Shown: positions 40,301-49,156 of the stretch, piece by piece | Layout: the number at the start of each line of letters is the position of its first letter | How positions within the stretch are numbered: the first letter of the stretch is position 1 | Origin: Fusobacteriaceae bacterium | GTDB lineage: Bacteria; Fusobacteriota; Fusobacteriia; Fusobacteriales; Fusobacteriaceae | Direction: 5' to 3' | Assembly: GCA_051648365.1 (NCBI GenBank) | Contig: JBOFEZ010000139.1 | Location: 759 to 64,758 of the forward strand | DNA length: 64,000 nt | Notes under the pieces: generated by a model | What the model saw: the letters and a program-made list of their open reading frames with translations, nothing else | Databases searched by the model: none | What the model was told of the DNA's origin: nothing | Made by a program: the position numbers and the translations under genes

Positions 40301-40555
40301 GATCAGGATTCCATAGTTATTGGTTGTCAAGCAAGACTGCGACCCATTTTACTGACTGTCTTTACAACTTTGGCCGGTCTTTTGCCTCTTTATTTTTTCG
40401 GTGGTCCTTTGTTTAAACCTCTAGCTGCAGTTCTTATGTTTGGACTTATGGTAGATACTATCCTAAGTCTTGGAGCTATTCCAGTTTTCTATGCTGTGGC
40501 TTTCGGAATAAAATTTAAAGATTATGAGTATGACCCGAATACAAATGTAGAATAA
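37376..40555 (+). CDS. efflux RND transporter permease (AcrB/HAE family)
   Basis: 1059 aa. 12-TM, two-large-loop architecture with conserved TM4 region GLIIALGMLVDNAVVMAENI. Starts 1 nt after the adaptor stop. Confidence 0.9.
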   Translation: MSITSLAIKNRVSTYLFVLLLCFFGVFAYLSSEKAEDPGYTIKTAVITTNWPGATAQQMAELVSKQIQDEVRSMESLDYVDSKNLPGQSNVYVNLKAKYWNPDPEWTQLRNKIEFVIPKLPQGVQKPLINTYFGDVYGTVAALSSNDLTYDELYSQAEDLKSLLLFKVPEIGQIQITGVQQDVIYIKIDNDKMATMGISLNQIVQGLQSANVILRNASILDVENRITVNPSGAFTSIEDIGKVVLAGKSTAQRIYLQEIAQIEKGYIDPPSLLTYNGENKSIVLAMSLSSGQNILKLGEGVKKVLSEYKKNLPLGTDLTLVYNQSSIVDDKISGFLSSLIQAIIIIVAIMFGFLGIQSGLIVASLTPTTIAVTLIGLYIFGYGINQMTLAGLIIALGMLVDNAVVMAENIMVLSQKGMNKMDACLESARALAIPLFTGSMTTAAAFLPVITNQESMGEYVGPMAIVVFIALTASWALNQTFIPLLCYDFLDTTKQKKIDFNNDKMYTSYRNILILALKNYKISMTLALCSFAFGVFLFKFIPNSFMPEGTTPVMASYIRMPKGTSIETTNEVVKDLNRHIKENYFIGDTDPNPPTFLDYILTGGTTKIYEKDGIKSWESYVGGGGPRYTLGYTPELNLPEFAYVLYNVTSADLTEKYSNEINRYLQGKYPNITVTSKSLQEGPTSEFELGYQFISPDLKLIREIAEEVKEKLRTVSGIRVVSDNWGNFVPQIDVQIDYNKAILAGLTSSEIGEALQYSLQGYNSTSFYDFNAPPKNTTVPITIKGTRNYKDKLQALKELEITNKQGQSVALQQVANLKLNYVPNFVYTRDLNYAIQVDAGIETGYTPNDLHALINSWIKKRMAEEWESKGAQYKVSGMMKTSEENSKGLSAGLPIALLIMLTLVIAQFNSIKKGLIIMLTIPLSLLGCSLGLLITGLDLGFMAIVGVISLAGVVLNHSIILIDRITIEKEELKRTDQDSIVIGCQARLRPILLTVFTTLAGLLPLYFFGGPLFKPLAAVLMFGLMVDTILSLGAIPVFYAVAFGIKFKDYEYDPNTNVE

Positions 40556-40591
40556 AAAAAGTGAGAGGACAAATTGTCCTCTCATTTTTTT
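40554..40591. terminator. bidirectional intrinsic terminator (RND operon / ogg)
   Basis: A7 - tgagaggac/gtcctctca (9 bp, loop aaatt) - T7. Confidence 0.85.
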
Positions 40592-40595
40592 ACAA

Positions 40596-41252
40596 TTATT
40601 TAAATATCTCGCCAGCTTCCATATACCAAAGAAGAAGATCCATTTCATCCATTGGAATTTTTACAAATTCACAATAAAGTTTAAGCTTTTTCTCTATTTC
40701 AAGATAAAGTTTAGGAGTTATAGTTTTGGGAATCTCATCTATAATTCCTAGTTTTTGAATATTTTTTAAAATATGTCTGTCAAGAATAGCAACCTCCTCT
40801 CCGAAACCTACATTCCGAAGAAAATGTCCAGCCTCTTTATAAGACATCCCTTTTATATTCTTCACTATCCAATCTCTTTTTTCTAGTACTGTTGAAATTG
40901 ACTGAAAAAATCTTTTAGTATTTATCTCTCCATTTTCATCTCTCATCTTTTCCCTTAGAAGAACAAGGTATTTGGCCTTATTATTTTTAAATCTTACTAT
41001 ATTAAGATAATTTGAAAGTGACTCTGCGTCCTGAATAAAAAGAGCATCCTCCTTAAGCATATCGGTTATAGCTTTCCAAGCATTTCTCGCTTTTGATTGT
41101 GGAGTCAATATACAGAAGGATAATTCTGCATGTATTGCTCTGTCATCTCCTTCAGTCCAAATCTTTTTAAAATGTTTCAGTCTCTCTTTTATTTGAGGAG
41201 CTATTTCCTTATAAACTGTTTCAACTTCATAAAAATAATTGTTTTTTTCCAC
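40596..41252 (-). CDS. ogg: N-glycosylase/DNA lyase (Ogg2-type 8-oxoguanine DNA glycosylase)
   Basis: 218 aa. HhH-GPD with GMSYKEAGHFLRNVG (catalytic Lys) and AILDRHI (Asp), as in archaeal/clostridial Ogg. Confidence 0.8.
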   Translation of the reverse strand: MEKNNYFYEVETVYKEIAPQIKERLKHFKKIWTEGDDRAIHAELSFCILTPQSKARNAWKAITDMLKEDALFIQDAESLSNYLNIVRFKNNKAKYLVLLREKMRDENGEINTKRFFQSISTVLEKRDWIVKNIKGMSYKEAGHFLRNVGFGEEVAILDRHILKNIQKLGIIDEIPKTITPKLYLEIEKKLKLYCEFVKIPMDEMDLLLWYMEAGEIFK

Positions 41253-41270
41253 TCTTGTTCTCCTTTAGGA

Positions 41271-41663
41271 TTAAAACTGGAACCCATATGGAAGAAGCTC
41301 CTCCATATTCATAATTTTATAATCTCTTTTAAGATTCCCTAAAATTATTATAGTTTCTTCATCTGCAAACTCTTTTATAACCTGTCTGCATGCTCCGCAA
41401 GGACTTACAGGACCTGAAGTATCTGCTACTACACATACAACTTTTATTTTTTTCATTCCTTTATTTACCGCTGTAAATATTGCACTTCGTTCTCCACAGT
41501 TGGAAAGTCCGTAAGAAGCATTCTCTACATTGGCTCCACTATAGTGATTTCCATTTTCATCCACAACTACTGCTCCAACCCTAAATTTAGAATAAGGTGC
41601 ATAAGATTTTTCTCTAGCTTCTATAGCTTCATCTATATAAAGCAGTATCTCTTTCTCTTCCAT
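41271..41663 (-). CDS. cdd: cytidine deaminase
   Basis: 130 aa. Zinc motifs CGERSAI and PCGACRQ. Confidence 0.95.
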   Translation of the reverse strand: MEEKEILLYIDEAIEAREKSYAPYSKFRVGAVVVDENGNHYSGANVENASYGLSNCGERSAIFTAVNKGMKKIKVVCVVADTSGPVSPCGACRQVIKEFADEETIIILGNLKRDYKIMNMEELLPYGFQF

Positions 41664-41687
41664 AACTGTCTCCTTTAGAAGTTCTTA

Positions 41688-42389
41688 TTAAAGTGCTGCC
41701 TCTAATGCAATTTCAACCATCTCTCTTAATGTTGTCTGTCTTTCTTCAGAGGTTGTTGCTTCCCCTGTTACAAGAGAATCTGATATTGTCAGTATTGTAA
41801 GAGCATTTACATTATGTTTCGCAGCAACAGTATAAAGTCCTGCTGTTTCCATCTCTACACAAAGAACTCCAAACTGAGCCCATTTTTTATATGACTCAAA
41901 ATCATCTCCGTAAAACTCATCTGAAGTCATAACATTTCCAGCTTTTATAGCTATATTTTTATCGTCTGCAGCTTTCATCGCTTTTCTGAAAAGTTCAAAA
42001 GAAGCTGTTGGTGCGTAATCCGCTCCATTAAATCTAAGTCTATTTATCCCTGAATTAGAAGAACTTGACATAGCAAGAATTACATCTCTTATTTTTACAT
42101 CTTCTCTGTAAGATCCTGCAGTTCCAACTCTTATTAGATTTTTACATCCAAATTCTGTGATTAGTTCTGTTGCATAAATACAGATTGAAGGAACTCCCAT
42201 TCCAGTTCCCTGTACAGATACTTTTTTACCTTTGTAAGTTCCTGTAAATCCTAACATTCCTCTTACGTTGTTGTAGCAAACCACATCCTCAAGAAATGTC
42301 TCTGCTATCCATTTAGCTCTTAGAGGATCTCCTGGTAATAAAACCGTTTCTGCTATATCTCCCTTTTTTGCTCCTATATGTACACTCAT
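41688..42389 (-). CDS. deoD: purine nucleoside phosphorylase, DeoD type
   Basis: [30 protein letters not shown] start and METAGLY motif. Start at ATG 42389 after ggagg. The track's start 36 nt upstream lacks an SD. Confidence 0.95.
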   Translation of the reverse strand: MSVHIGAKKGDIAETVLLPGDPLRAKWIAETFLEDVVCYNNVRGMLGFTGTYKGKKVSVQGTGMGVPSICIYATELITEFGCKNLIRVGTAGSYREDVKIRDVILAMSSSSNSGINRLRFNGADYAPTASFELFRKAMKAADDKNIAIKAGNVMTSDEFYGDDFESYKKWAQFGVLCVEMETAGLYTVAAKHNVNALTILTISDSLVTGEATTSEERQTTLREMVEIALEAAL

Positions 42390-42425
42390 TTTTACCTCCA
42401 AATATTTTATTTTATAGTTAATCAA

Positions 42426-43604
42426 TTATTTTATTTCTGATAAAAAACTTCCAGAAATATCTGTTTTTCCAAGAATAAAATCCTCTATTGTTGCTGCTAT
42501 ATCTCCGAAGCTACTTCTAGTTCCCAAGTTCACTCCAGATTTAAGAGTTTTTCCATAAATCAATAATGGAATATATTCTCTTGTATGATCTGTACCTTTA
42601 TAAGTTGGGTCACATCCATGATCAGCAGTTATAATAAGCATCTCTTTTTCCTTTAGATTTTCCATAATTTCAGGAAGAAAAGAATCAAATTCTTCTAGAG
42701 CAAGTTTGTAACCTTTAACATCTCTTCTATGACCAAACTTCATATCAAAATCTACAAGATTAGTAAATATAAGTCCTCTGCTATCCTCTTTAAGAGCTAC
42801 TATGGTCTTTTGAATTCCATCCAAATTATCCTTGTTAGTTCCTCTATTTTCGGTTATTCCTATCCCCGCGAATATATCACTTGTTTTACCTATTCCTATG
42901 ACGTCTAATCCAGCTTCTTTTATTCTATCAAGCATAGTAACTTTAGGCGGCACTACAGAATAATCATGTCTATTCGTTGTTCTTGTAAAATCTCCTTTTC
43001 CTTTTCCAGTATACGGTCTTGCTATTACTCTTGCCACTGGAGAGTGCTCGTTGCATATCTCAAGTGCTATTTTACAAGCCTTATATAATTCCTCCAAAGG
43101 GATATGATCTTCATGTGCTGCTATCTGAAGAACTGGATCTGCCGATGTATATAGTATCCATGCCCCAGTTTTTATCTGTTCATCTCCATAGTCATCAAGA
43201 ACTGCAGTCCCTGAATATGGAAGGTTGCATAGTATTTTTCTTCCTGTACGTTCCTCTATTAATTTTATTACTTCAGAAGAAAATCCTTTGCTATACGTAG
43301 GGAAGCCTTTATCTGGAACTATTCCAGCAATCTCCCAATGTCCTGTTGTTGTGTCTTTTCCTATAGATTTTTCATCTGCTTTTCCATAGATTCCCATAGG
43401 ATTTTCTGTCTTTGGAACTCCTAAAATTTCTATTATATTTCCCAGACCGAGTTTCTGCATATTTGGGAGATTTAATCCTCCAGTAGCTAAAGCTATATGT
43501 CCAAGAGTGTTAGCTCCCTCATCTCCATAATCTTTAGAATCTGGAGTATAGCCAACACCTAAACTATCTAAAACTATTATCGTGGCTCTTTCAATTTTTT
43601 CCAT
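42426..43604 (-). CDS. deoB: phosphopentomutase
   Basis: 392 aa. IVLDSLGVG and ITADHGCDPT metal-site motifs. Confidence 0.95.
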   Translation of the reverse strand: MEKIERATIIVLDSLGVGYTPDSKDYGDEGANTLGHIALATGGLNLPNMQKLGLGNIIEILGVPKTENPMGIYGKADEKSIGKDTTTGHWEIAGIVPDKGFPTYSKGFSSEVIKLIEERTGRKILCNLPYSGTAVLDDYGDEQIKTGAWILYTSADPVLQIAAHEDHIPLEELYKACKIALEICNEHSPVARVIARPYTGKGKGDFTRTTNRHDYSVVPPKVTMLDRIKEAGLDVIGIGKTSDIFAGIGITENRGTNKDNLDGIQKTIVALKEDSRGLIFTNLVDFDMKFGHRRDVKGYKLALEEFDSFLPEIMENLKEKEMLIITADHGCDPTYKGTDHTREYIPLLIYGKTLKSGVNLGTRSSFGDIAATIEDFILGKTDISGSFLSEIK

Positions 43605-43622
43605 AGATCCTTCCTCCTAAGA

Positions 43623-44288
43623 TTAATATTCTCCCTCTTTCATCTTTCCAGTTGTCACAAGCTGTACTCCTGAAGATGTTCCAAGTCTATCGGCTCCAGC
43701 ATTTATAAATTCCTCTGCAGTTGCAAGATCTTTTACTCCTCCTGCAGCTTTAATTTTAATCTTATCTCCAACTACAGTTTTCATCAACTTAAGATCTTGG
43801 AGTGTTGCTCCTCCCGTTCCGAATCCTGTAGATGTTTTTACAAAATCAGCACCTGCGTCCACACACATCTGACTTGCAATTTTTTTCTCCTCATCTGTCA
43901 GGTAACAATTTTCTATTATTACTTTAAGCACATTGCTTCCAATAGCTTCTTTAATTTCTCTTATCTCTTGCTCAACTTCAGCGTGCATTCCAGATTTCAT
44001 GAAACCTATATTGATAACCATATCTATTTCTGACGCACCATCAGCTATGCATTTTTTAGCTTCAAAAACTTTAGCTTCTTTACTCATAGCTCCAAGAGGG
44101 AAACCTATAACAGCACAAACTTTTACATCTGATCCCTCTAACTCTTTTGTAGCAGTTGGCACATATGAACCATTTACACATACTGCATAAAAATTATACT
44201 CTCTTGCTTCTTTACAAAGTTTTTTAATATCCTCTACTATTGTTGTTGCCTTTAGTACTGTATGGTCTATATATTTATTTATTTTCAT
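43623..44288 (-). CDS. deoC: deoxyribose-phosphate aldolase
   Basis: 221 aa. YIDHTVLK, EIDMVINIG, and FVKTSTGF containing the Schiff-base Lys. Confidence 0.95.
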   Translation of the reverse strand: MKINKYIDHTVLKATTIVEDIKKLCKEAREYNFYAVCVNGSYVPTATKELEGSDVKVCAVIGFPLGAMSKEAKVFEAKKCIADGASEIDMVINIGFMKSGMHAEVEQEIREIKEAIGSNVLKVIIENCYLTDEEKKIASQMCVDAGADFVKTSTGFGTGGATLQDLKLMKTVVGDKIKIKAAGGVKDLATAEEFINAGADRLGTSSGVQLVTTGKMKEGEY

Positions 44289-44290
44289 CC

Positions 44291-45595
44291 TTATCCCCCT
44301 ATGATTTCTAATATTATTGGTTTTTCGGATACTTTTTCAGTTGAATACCGAATAGCTGAATCTACAACTGCGACGATACTTTCTGTTAAATTTCCTTTAT
44401 GATAAAAATCCAGAATTTTATCTCCTTTTTTTACTCTACTTCCAACTTTGGCTTTCATTATTATTCCTACAGAGTGGTCTATTTCATCTTCTTTAGTTGC
44501 TCTTCCTGCTCCAAGCATCATAGCTGCTCTTCCTATTTCATCTGCTGCTATTTCAGAGATATATCCATCATCTTTCGCTAAATATGGAGTTACTTCCTTG
44601 GCTACCTCAAGTAACGAATAATCATCACAAATTCTAGGGTCTCCCCCTGAAGCCTCTATAAAGCTTTTCAAATTATCTAAAGCTTTTCCAGAAGCAATTA
44701 CTTCTTCAACTATTTTTATTCCTTCTTCCACAGTTGAAACATCACCTTTCATTTTAAGGGCTTGTGCTCCAAGTTTAACTATGAGATCTTGAAATAGTTT
44801 TGGACCTCTACCCTTAAGTGTTTCGATTGCTTCAATTACTTCTAAAGAGTTCCCCACTGCATTTCCAAGTGGTTCATCCATATTGCTGAGCATACAAACT
44901 ATATTTCTATTGAAGAGTTTTCCAAGTTTATGCATAGTTTCCGCAAGTTTCTTTGCATCCTCAAATGTTTTCATAAAAGCTCCAGATCCTACCTTTACAT
45001 CCAATATTATAGCATCTGCATGAACAGCCAGTTTTTTACTCATAATTGAGCTAGCTATAAGAGGAATACTCGACACTGTTCCTGTTACATCACGAAGAGC
45101 ATACAATTTTTTATCCAGCGGAACTATTTTTTCTGAAGCTCCCATAAGACCAGTTCCAACTTTATTTACAAGTTCAATTAATGCTTCCCTTGTTTCACAA
45201 AATTTGAATCCCTTTATAGATTCAAATTTATCTATAGTTCCTCCTGTATGACCAAGCCCTTTTCCTGAAAGTTTTGCCGTACCCATTCCTAGAGCTCCTA
45301 AAACTGGGGCAAGTGCAATAGTTGTTTTGTCTCCAACTCCTCCTGTAGAATGTTTATCCACAAGAAATTTATCTGTTCCCGGAAAATCTATAGTATCTCC
45401 CGAATTTATCATTTCAGCAGTAAAATATTTGAGTTCATTATCATCCATACCTCTAAAATAAACTGCCATTAAAAAAGCTGACATCTGATAGTCAGGTATT
45501 TTCCCTTCGGAGTAATTCTTCAAAAAGAATTTCACCTCTTCCTCTGTCAATATCTTTCCATCTCTCTTTTTTTCAATTATATCTACAGCTCTCAT
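44291..45595 (-). CDS. pdp: pyrimidine-nucleoside (thymidine) phosphorylase
   Basis: 434 aa. KRDGKILTEEEVKFF, DKHSTGGVGDKT and GHTGGTIDK motifs. Confidence 0.95.
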   Translation of the reverse strand: MRAVDIIEKKRDGKILTEEEVKFFLKNYSEGKIPDYQMSAFLMAVYFRGMDDNELKYFTAEMINSGDTIDFPGTDKFLVDKHSTGGVGDKTTIALAPVLGALGMGTAKLSGKGLGHTGGTIDKFESIKGFKFCETREALIELVNKVGTGLMGASEKIVPLDKKLYALRDVTGTVSSIPLIASSIMSKKLAVHADAIILDVKVGSGAFMKTFEDAKKLAETMHKLGKLFNRNIVCMLSNMDEPLGNAVGNSLEVIEAIETLKGRGPKLFQDLIVKLGAQALKMKGDVSTVEEGIKIVEEVIASGKALDNLKSFIEASGGDPRICDDYSLLEVAKEVTPYLAKDDGYISEIAADEIGRAAMMLGAGRATKEDEIDHSVGIIMKAKVGSRVKKGDKILDFYHKGNLTESIVAVVDSAIRYSTEKVSEKPIILEIIGG

Positions 45596-45604
45596 TTTTC
45601 CTCC

Positions 45605-45627
45605 TTTCCAATATTTCTGGAAATATT
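45605..45627. promoter_or_regulatory. perfect palindrome in the pdp-deo leader (candidate operator or 5'-UTR hairpin)
   Basis: AATATTTC-tg-GAAATATT (45610..45627), nested with TTTCCA-N7-TGGAAA (45605..45623). It lies between the -10 (45640) and the SD. Confidence 0.45.
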
Positions 45628-45639
45628 TATCAGTATTTT

Positions 45640-45668
45640 ATTATAACTTATATTTAAAAAAATAACAA
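45640..45668 (-). promoter_or_regulatory. sigma70-type promoter of pdp-deoC-deoB-deoD-cdd
   Basis: Minus strand reads TTGTTA-17 nt-TATAAT. Confidence 0.55.
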
Positions 45669-45688
45669 CCGGACAACTTGCTGGAAGC

Positions 45689-45727
45689 AAAAGAAAAAGG
45701 GAGGTCTGTCTCCAGCTCTCTCCCTTT
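45689..45727 (-). terminator. intrinsic terminator after the first BMP gene
   Basis: Minus strand reads aaagggag ... cucccuuu (8-bp outer stem, GC-rich interior) followed by uuCuuuu. Confidence 0.6.
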
Positions 45728-45737
45728 AATCATCTAA

Positions 45738-46730
45738 TTATTTTACCACTATTTCTCCAGATTTTATCTTACTGATAATCTCCTGTAGTCTATTAATATT
45801 TTCAGCACCGATAGTATCTTTTGTATTTCTTAAATCCGTAACTCCAACTCCGTTCTCAGCAACTCCCAAAACATTATTTCCTGGTTGAAATTTTCCTTCA
45901 ACAAGAGATTTTACAGTGTCATATACAGCTATATCCACATTTTTAACCATAGAAGTCAATACAGTTCCTTGTGCGACGTCATCTTGGTCAGAGTCCACTC
46001 CGATTGCATATTTCCCTAATTCTTTAGCACCTTCTATTACTCCGATTCCTGTAGCTCCTGCCGCATGATAAACAACATCTGCTCCCTGATTAATTTGAGA
46101 TATGGCAATTTCTTTTCCTTTCAACGGATCATTAAATGGATTTATTCCTCCTACTGACACAGATATAACTTTCATATCAGGGTTGATATATTTAGCTCCC
46201 TGCTCATATCCTTTTTGAAATTTTTGAATCTGCGGAACATCTATTCCACCTACGAATCCTATAGTTCCTGTTTTAGACATCATAGCAGCAACTGCTCCCA
46301 CCAAAAATGAACCTTCATCTTCTCTAAAAAGAAGATTTTTTGTATTAGGCTGTTCAACTGCCGTATCTATCATTGCAAATTTTATATTTGGGTATTCACC
46401 GGCTACTTTATTAGTAGCATCTGTCATTTGAAAGCCTGTAGCTACAACTAAGTCATAATCAGCTTCTGCAAATTCTCTTAAAAACTGCTCATCTTCTGCT
46501 GAAGAAGCTGGCTCTACATATTTGAAATCAATTCCGAATTCTTTTTTAGCCATTTCAAGACCTCTATAGGCTGAATCGTTGAAAGATTTGTCTCCAAGTC
46601 CTCCTGTAGAAAGTACAATACCAATTTTTAAAGCTTCCTTCTCTGATACCGTTTCAGAAGAATCTTTAGAACCACATGACGTAAATAAAAGTGTAGATAA
46701 AATTATTAATCCTGAAAATAATTTTTTCAT
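45738..46730 (-). CDS. BMP-family (PnrA/Med-like) nucleoside-binding ABC substrate-binding lipoprotein, paralog 1
   Basis: 330 aa. Lipobox LLFTSCG. GGLGDKSFNDSAYRGLE and GVDSDQDD motifs of the BMP family. Confidence 0.85.
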   Translation of the reverse strand: MKKLFSGLIILSTLLFTSCGSKDSSETVSEKEALKIGIVLSTGGLGDKSFNDSAYRGLEMAKKEFGIDFKYVEPASSAEDEQFLREFAEADYDLVVATGFQMTDATNKVAGEYPNIKFAMIDTAVEQPNTKNLLFREDEGSFLVGAVAAMMSKTGTIGFVGGIDVPQIQKFQKGYEQGAKYINPDMKVISVSVGGINPFNDPLKGKEIAISQINQGADVVYHAAGATGIGVIEGAKELGKYAIGVDSDQDDVAQGTVLTSMVKNVDIAVYDTVKSLVEGKFQPGNNVLGVAENGVGVTDLRNTKDTIGAENINRLQEIISKIKSGEIVVK

Positions 46731-46765
46731 TCTTTCCTCCTAAATTATTTTTTTATAATCTTTTA

Positions 46766-46794
46766 ATTTTAACATTTTTCCCTAAAGAGTTCAA
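46766..46794 (-). promoter_or_regulatory. sigma70-type promoter of BMP paralog 1
   Basis: Minus strand reads TTGAAC-17 nt-TAAAAT. Confidence 0.5.
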
Positions 46795-46810
46795 GAATTT
46801 ATTTTGTAAT

Positions 46811-46848
46811 AAAAAAATCTCAGAATTCCAAAATTCTGAGATTTTTTT
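46811..46848 (-). terminator. intrinsic terminator after BMP paralog 2
   Basis: 10-bp stem tctcagaatt/aattctgaga flanked by an A7 and a T7 run. Confidence 0.8.
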
Positions 46849-46849
46849 A

Positions 46850-47878
46850 TTACTTAACTACTATTTCTCCTGATTTTATCTTAGCTATAATTTCTTGAAG
46901 TTTAGCAAGATTTTCTGCTCCGATTATATCTTTAGTATTTCTGAAATCAGTAGTTCCAACTCCATTTTCTGCAACTCCGAAAATATGTGTTCCAGTTTTG
47001 AAATTTCCATCTACAACTGATTTTACAGTATCATAGACAGCTACATCTATATTTTTAAGCATAGAAGTTAAAACTACACCTGGTGCAACATCATCTTGAT
47101 CCGAGTCTACTCCAATTGCATATTTACCTAACTCTTTAGCTCCTTCTATAACTCCAATTCCAGTAGCTCCTGCTGCATGATAAACAACATCTGCCCCTTG
47201 CTTAATTTGAGATATAGCAATTTCTTTTCCTTTCAATGGATCGTTAAATGGATTTTGTCCTCCAGCATATACTGTAAGAACTTTAGCTCCAGAGTTAACG
47301 TATTTTGCTCCTTGCTCATATCCTCTTTGGAATTTTTGAATTAAAGGAACTTCAATTCCTCCAACAAATCCTATAGTTCCTGTCTTAGACATCATAGCAG
47401 CGACTGCTCCCATAAGGAACGATCCTTCATCTTCTTTAAAAAGAAGATTTCTTGTATTTGGAGATTCAATAATATCATCTATCATAGCAAATTTAATATT
47501 AGGATAGTCAGCAGCTACTTTTTTGGCAGCATCTGTCATTTGGAATCCCGTAGCTATTATTAAATCATAGTTTGCATCTGCATACTCTCTTAAGAACTGC
47601 TCATCTTCTGCTGAAGAAGCAGGCTCCACATATTTAAATTCAACACCTAAGTCTTTCTTAGCCATTTCAAGACCTCTGTGAGCTGAATCATTGAAAGATT
47701 TGTCTCCAAGCCCTCCTGTTGAAAGCACAATACCTACTTTTAATGAACTTGTTGCTGGAGCTGCTGCAGTATTTTGCGTAGCTTTCTCCTCTGTCGGCTT
47801 TGCAGCTTCTTTAGAACCACCACAAGCTGTAAGTAAAAGTGAAGATAATACAACTAAACCTGAAATTAATTTTTTCAT
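46850..47878 (-). CDS. BMP-family nucleoside-binding lipoprotein, paralog 2
   Basis: Lipobox LLLTACG. Same BMP motifs. Start at ATG 47878 after ggggagga. The track's upstream ATG lies inside that SD. Confidence 0.85.
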   Translation of the reverse strand: MKKLISGLVVLSSLLLTACGGSKEAAKPTEEKATQNTAAAPATSSLKVGIVLSTGGLGDKSFNDSAHRGLEMAKKDLGVEFKYVEPASSAEDEQFLREYADANYDLIIATGFQMTDAAKKVAADYPNIKFAMIDDIIESPNTRNLLFKEDEGSFLMGAVAAMMSKTGTIGFVGGIEVPLIQKFQRGYEQGAKYVNSGAKVLTVYAGGQNPFNDPLKGKEIAISQIKQGADVVYHAAGATGIGVIEGAKELGKYAIGVDSDQDDVAPGVVLTSMLKNIDVAVYDTVKSVVDGNFKTGTHIFGVAENGVGTTDFRNTKDIIGAENLAKLQEIIAKIKSGEIVVK

Positions 47879-47919
47879 TTTGTTCCTCCCCATGTTTTTT
47901 TATATTACAAACATTTTTA

Positions 47920-47948
47920 ATTTTAACACATTTTTTTTATAAATTCAA
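47920..47948 (-). promoter_or_regulatory. sigma70-type promoter of BMP paralog 2
   Basis: Minus strand reads TTGAAT-17 nt-TAAAAT. Confidence 0.5.
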
Positions 47949-48064
47949 CATTTTCGAACTAAAAAAACACTTAATTCATTTCTGTTCCTAACATTAATTC
48001 TACAAAAAAAATAGTGTGTTCTCTTCCCTTAAAAAATTTATAACTTTTAAATTATATCAAGTTA

Positions 48065-49078
48065 TTATTGTTTAACTACTATTTCCCCTGATTTTATCTT
48101 AGCTATAATCTCATCAAGTTTAGCAAGATTTTCTGCTCCGATTATATCCTTAGTATTTTTGAACTCAGTTGTTCCAACTCCATTTTCTGCAATTCCGAAA
48201 GCATGTGTTCCAGCTTGAAACTCTCCATCTACAACTGATTTTACAGTATCATAGACAGCTACATCTACATTCTTAAGCATAGAAGTTAAAACTACACCTG
48301 GTGCAACATCATCTTGATCCGAGTCTACTCCGATTGCATATTTACCCAATTCTTTAGCTCCATCTATAACTCCAATTCCTGTTGACCCTGATGCATGGTA
48401 AACAACATCCGCTCCCTGTTTAATCTCAGATATAGCAATTTCTTTTCCTTTTAATGGATCGTTAAATGGATTTTGTCCCCCTACATATGCAGCAAGAACT
48501 TTAATATCAGGATTTATATATTTAGCTCCCTGCTCATATCCCTTTTGGAATTTTTGCATCAACGGAATCTCTATCCCTCCAACAAACCCTATGATTTTGG
48601 TTTTAGACATCATAGCAGCAACCGCTCCCATAAGGAATGATCCTTCCTCTTCTTTAAAAAGAAGATTTCTTGTATTTGAAGATTCCACAACTCCATCTAT
48701 CATAGCAAATTTAATATTAGGATAATCTGCTGCCACTTTTTTAGTAGCATCTACCATGTCAAATCCTGTAGCTATTATTAAATCATAGTTTGCATCTGCA
48801 TACTCTCTTAAAAATTGATCATCTTCTGTTGGAGAAGCTATTTCTACATATTTAAATTCAACACCTAGATCTTTCTTAGCCATTTCAAGACCTCTGTAAG
48901 CTGAATCGTTGAAAGATTTGTCTCCAAGCCCTCCTGTTGAAAGTACAATACCTACTTTTAATGGGCTTTTTACTGCAGTATTTTTTCCCTCTGTCGGGTT
49001 TGTAGTTTCTTTAGAACCACCACAAGCTGTAAGTAGAAGAGATGACAATATCGTTAAAACTAAAATTAATTTTTTCAT
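48065..49078 (-). CDS. BMP-family nucleoside-binding lipoprotein, paralog 3
   Basis: 337 aa. Lipobox LLLTACG and BMP motifs. SD gaggag. Confidence 0.85.
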   Translation of the reverse strand: MKKLILVLTILSSLLLTACGGSKETTNPTEGKNTAVKSPLKVGIVLSTGGLGDKSFNDSAYRGLEMAKKDLGVEFKYVEIASPTEDDQFLREYADANYDLIIATGFDMVDATKKVAADYPNIKFAMIDGVVESSNTRNLLFKEEEGSFLMGAVAAMMSKTKIIGFVGGIEIPLMQKFQKGYEQGAKYINPDIKVLAAYVGGQNPFNDPLKGKEIAISEIKQGADVVYHASGSTGIGVIDGAKELGKYAIGVDSDQDDVAPGVVLTSMLKNVDVAVYDTVKSVVDGEFQAGTHAFGIAENGVGTTEFKNTKDIIGAENLAKLDEIIAKIKSGEIVVKQ

Positions 49079-49156
49079 TTTATTTTCTCCTCATTTTTTT
49101 ATTACATATTTTTTATTTCAATAATTTTTTCAATTTAATGCTTTTATCATTTATAA

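Larger units (their letters stand above)
45738..49078 (-). repeat. tandem triplication of BMP-family lipoprotein genes (about 1.1-1.2 kb period)
   Basis: Three co-oriented paralogs. Copies 2 and 3 share long identical nucleotide runs (e.g. ctacacctggtgcaacatcatcttgatccgagtctactcc). Copy 1 is visibly more diverged. Confidence 0.9.

Noticed and set aside
47894-48064. I looked for a second riboswitch copy or a terminator in the spacer between BMP paralogs 3 and 2, and likewise between tsx and paralog 3 (49079..49156).
   Set aside because: No GUUUCUAC junction or three-way fold is present. Only a TTGAAT-17-TAAAAT promoter and weak short-stem pairings were seen, so I infer read-through from tsx/bmp3 instead.
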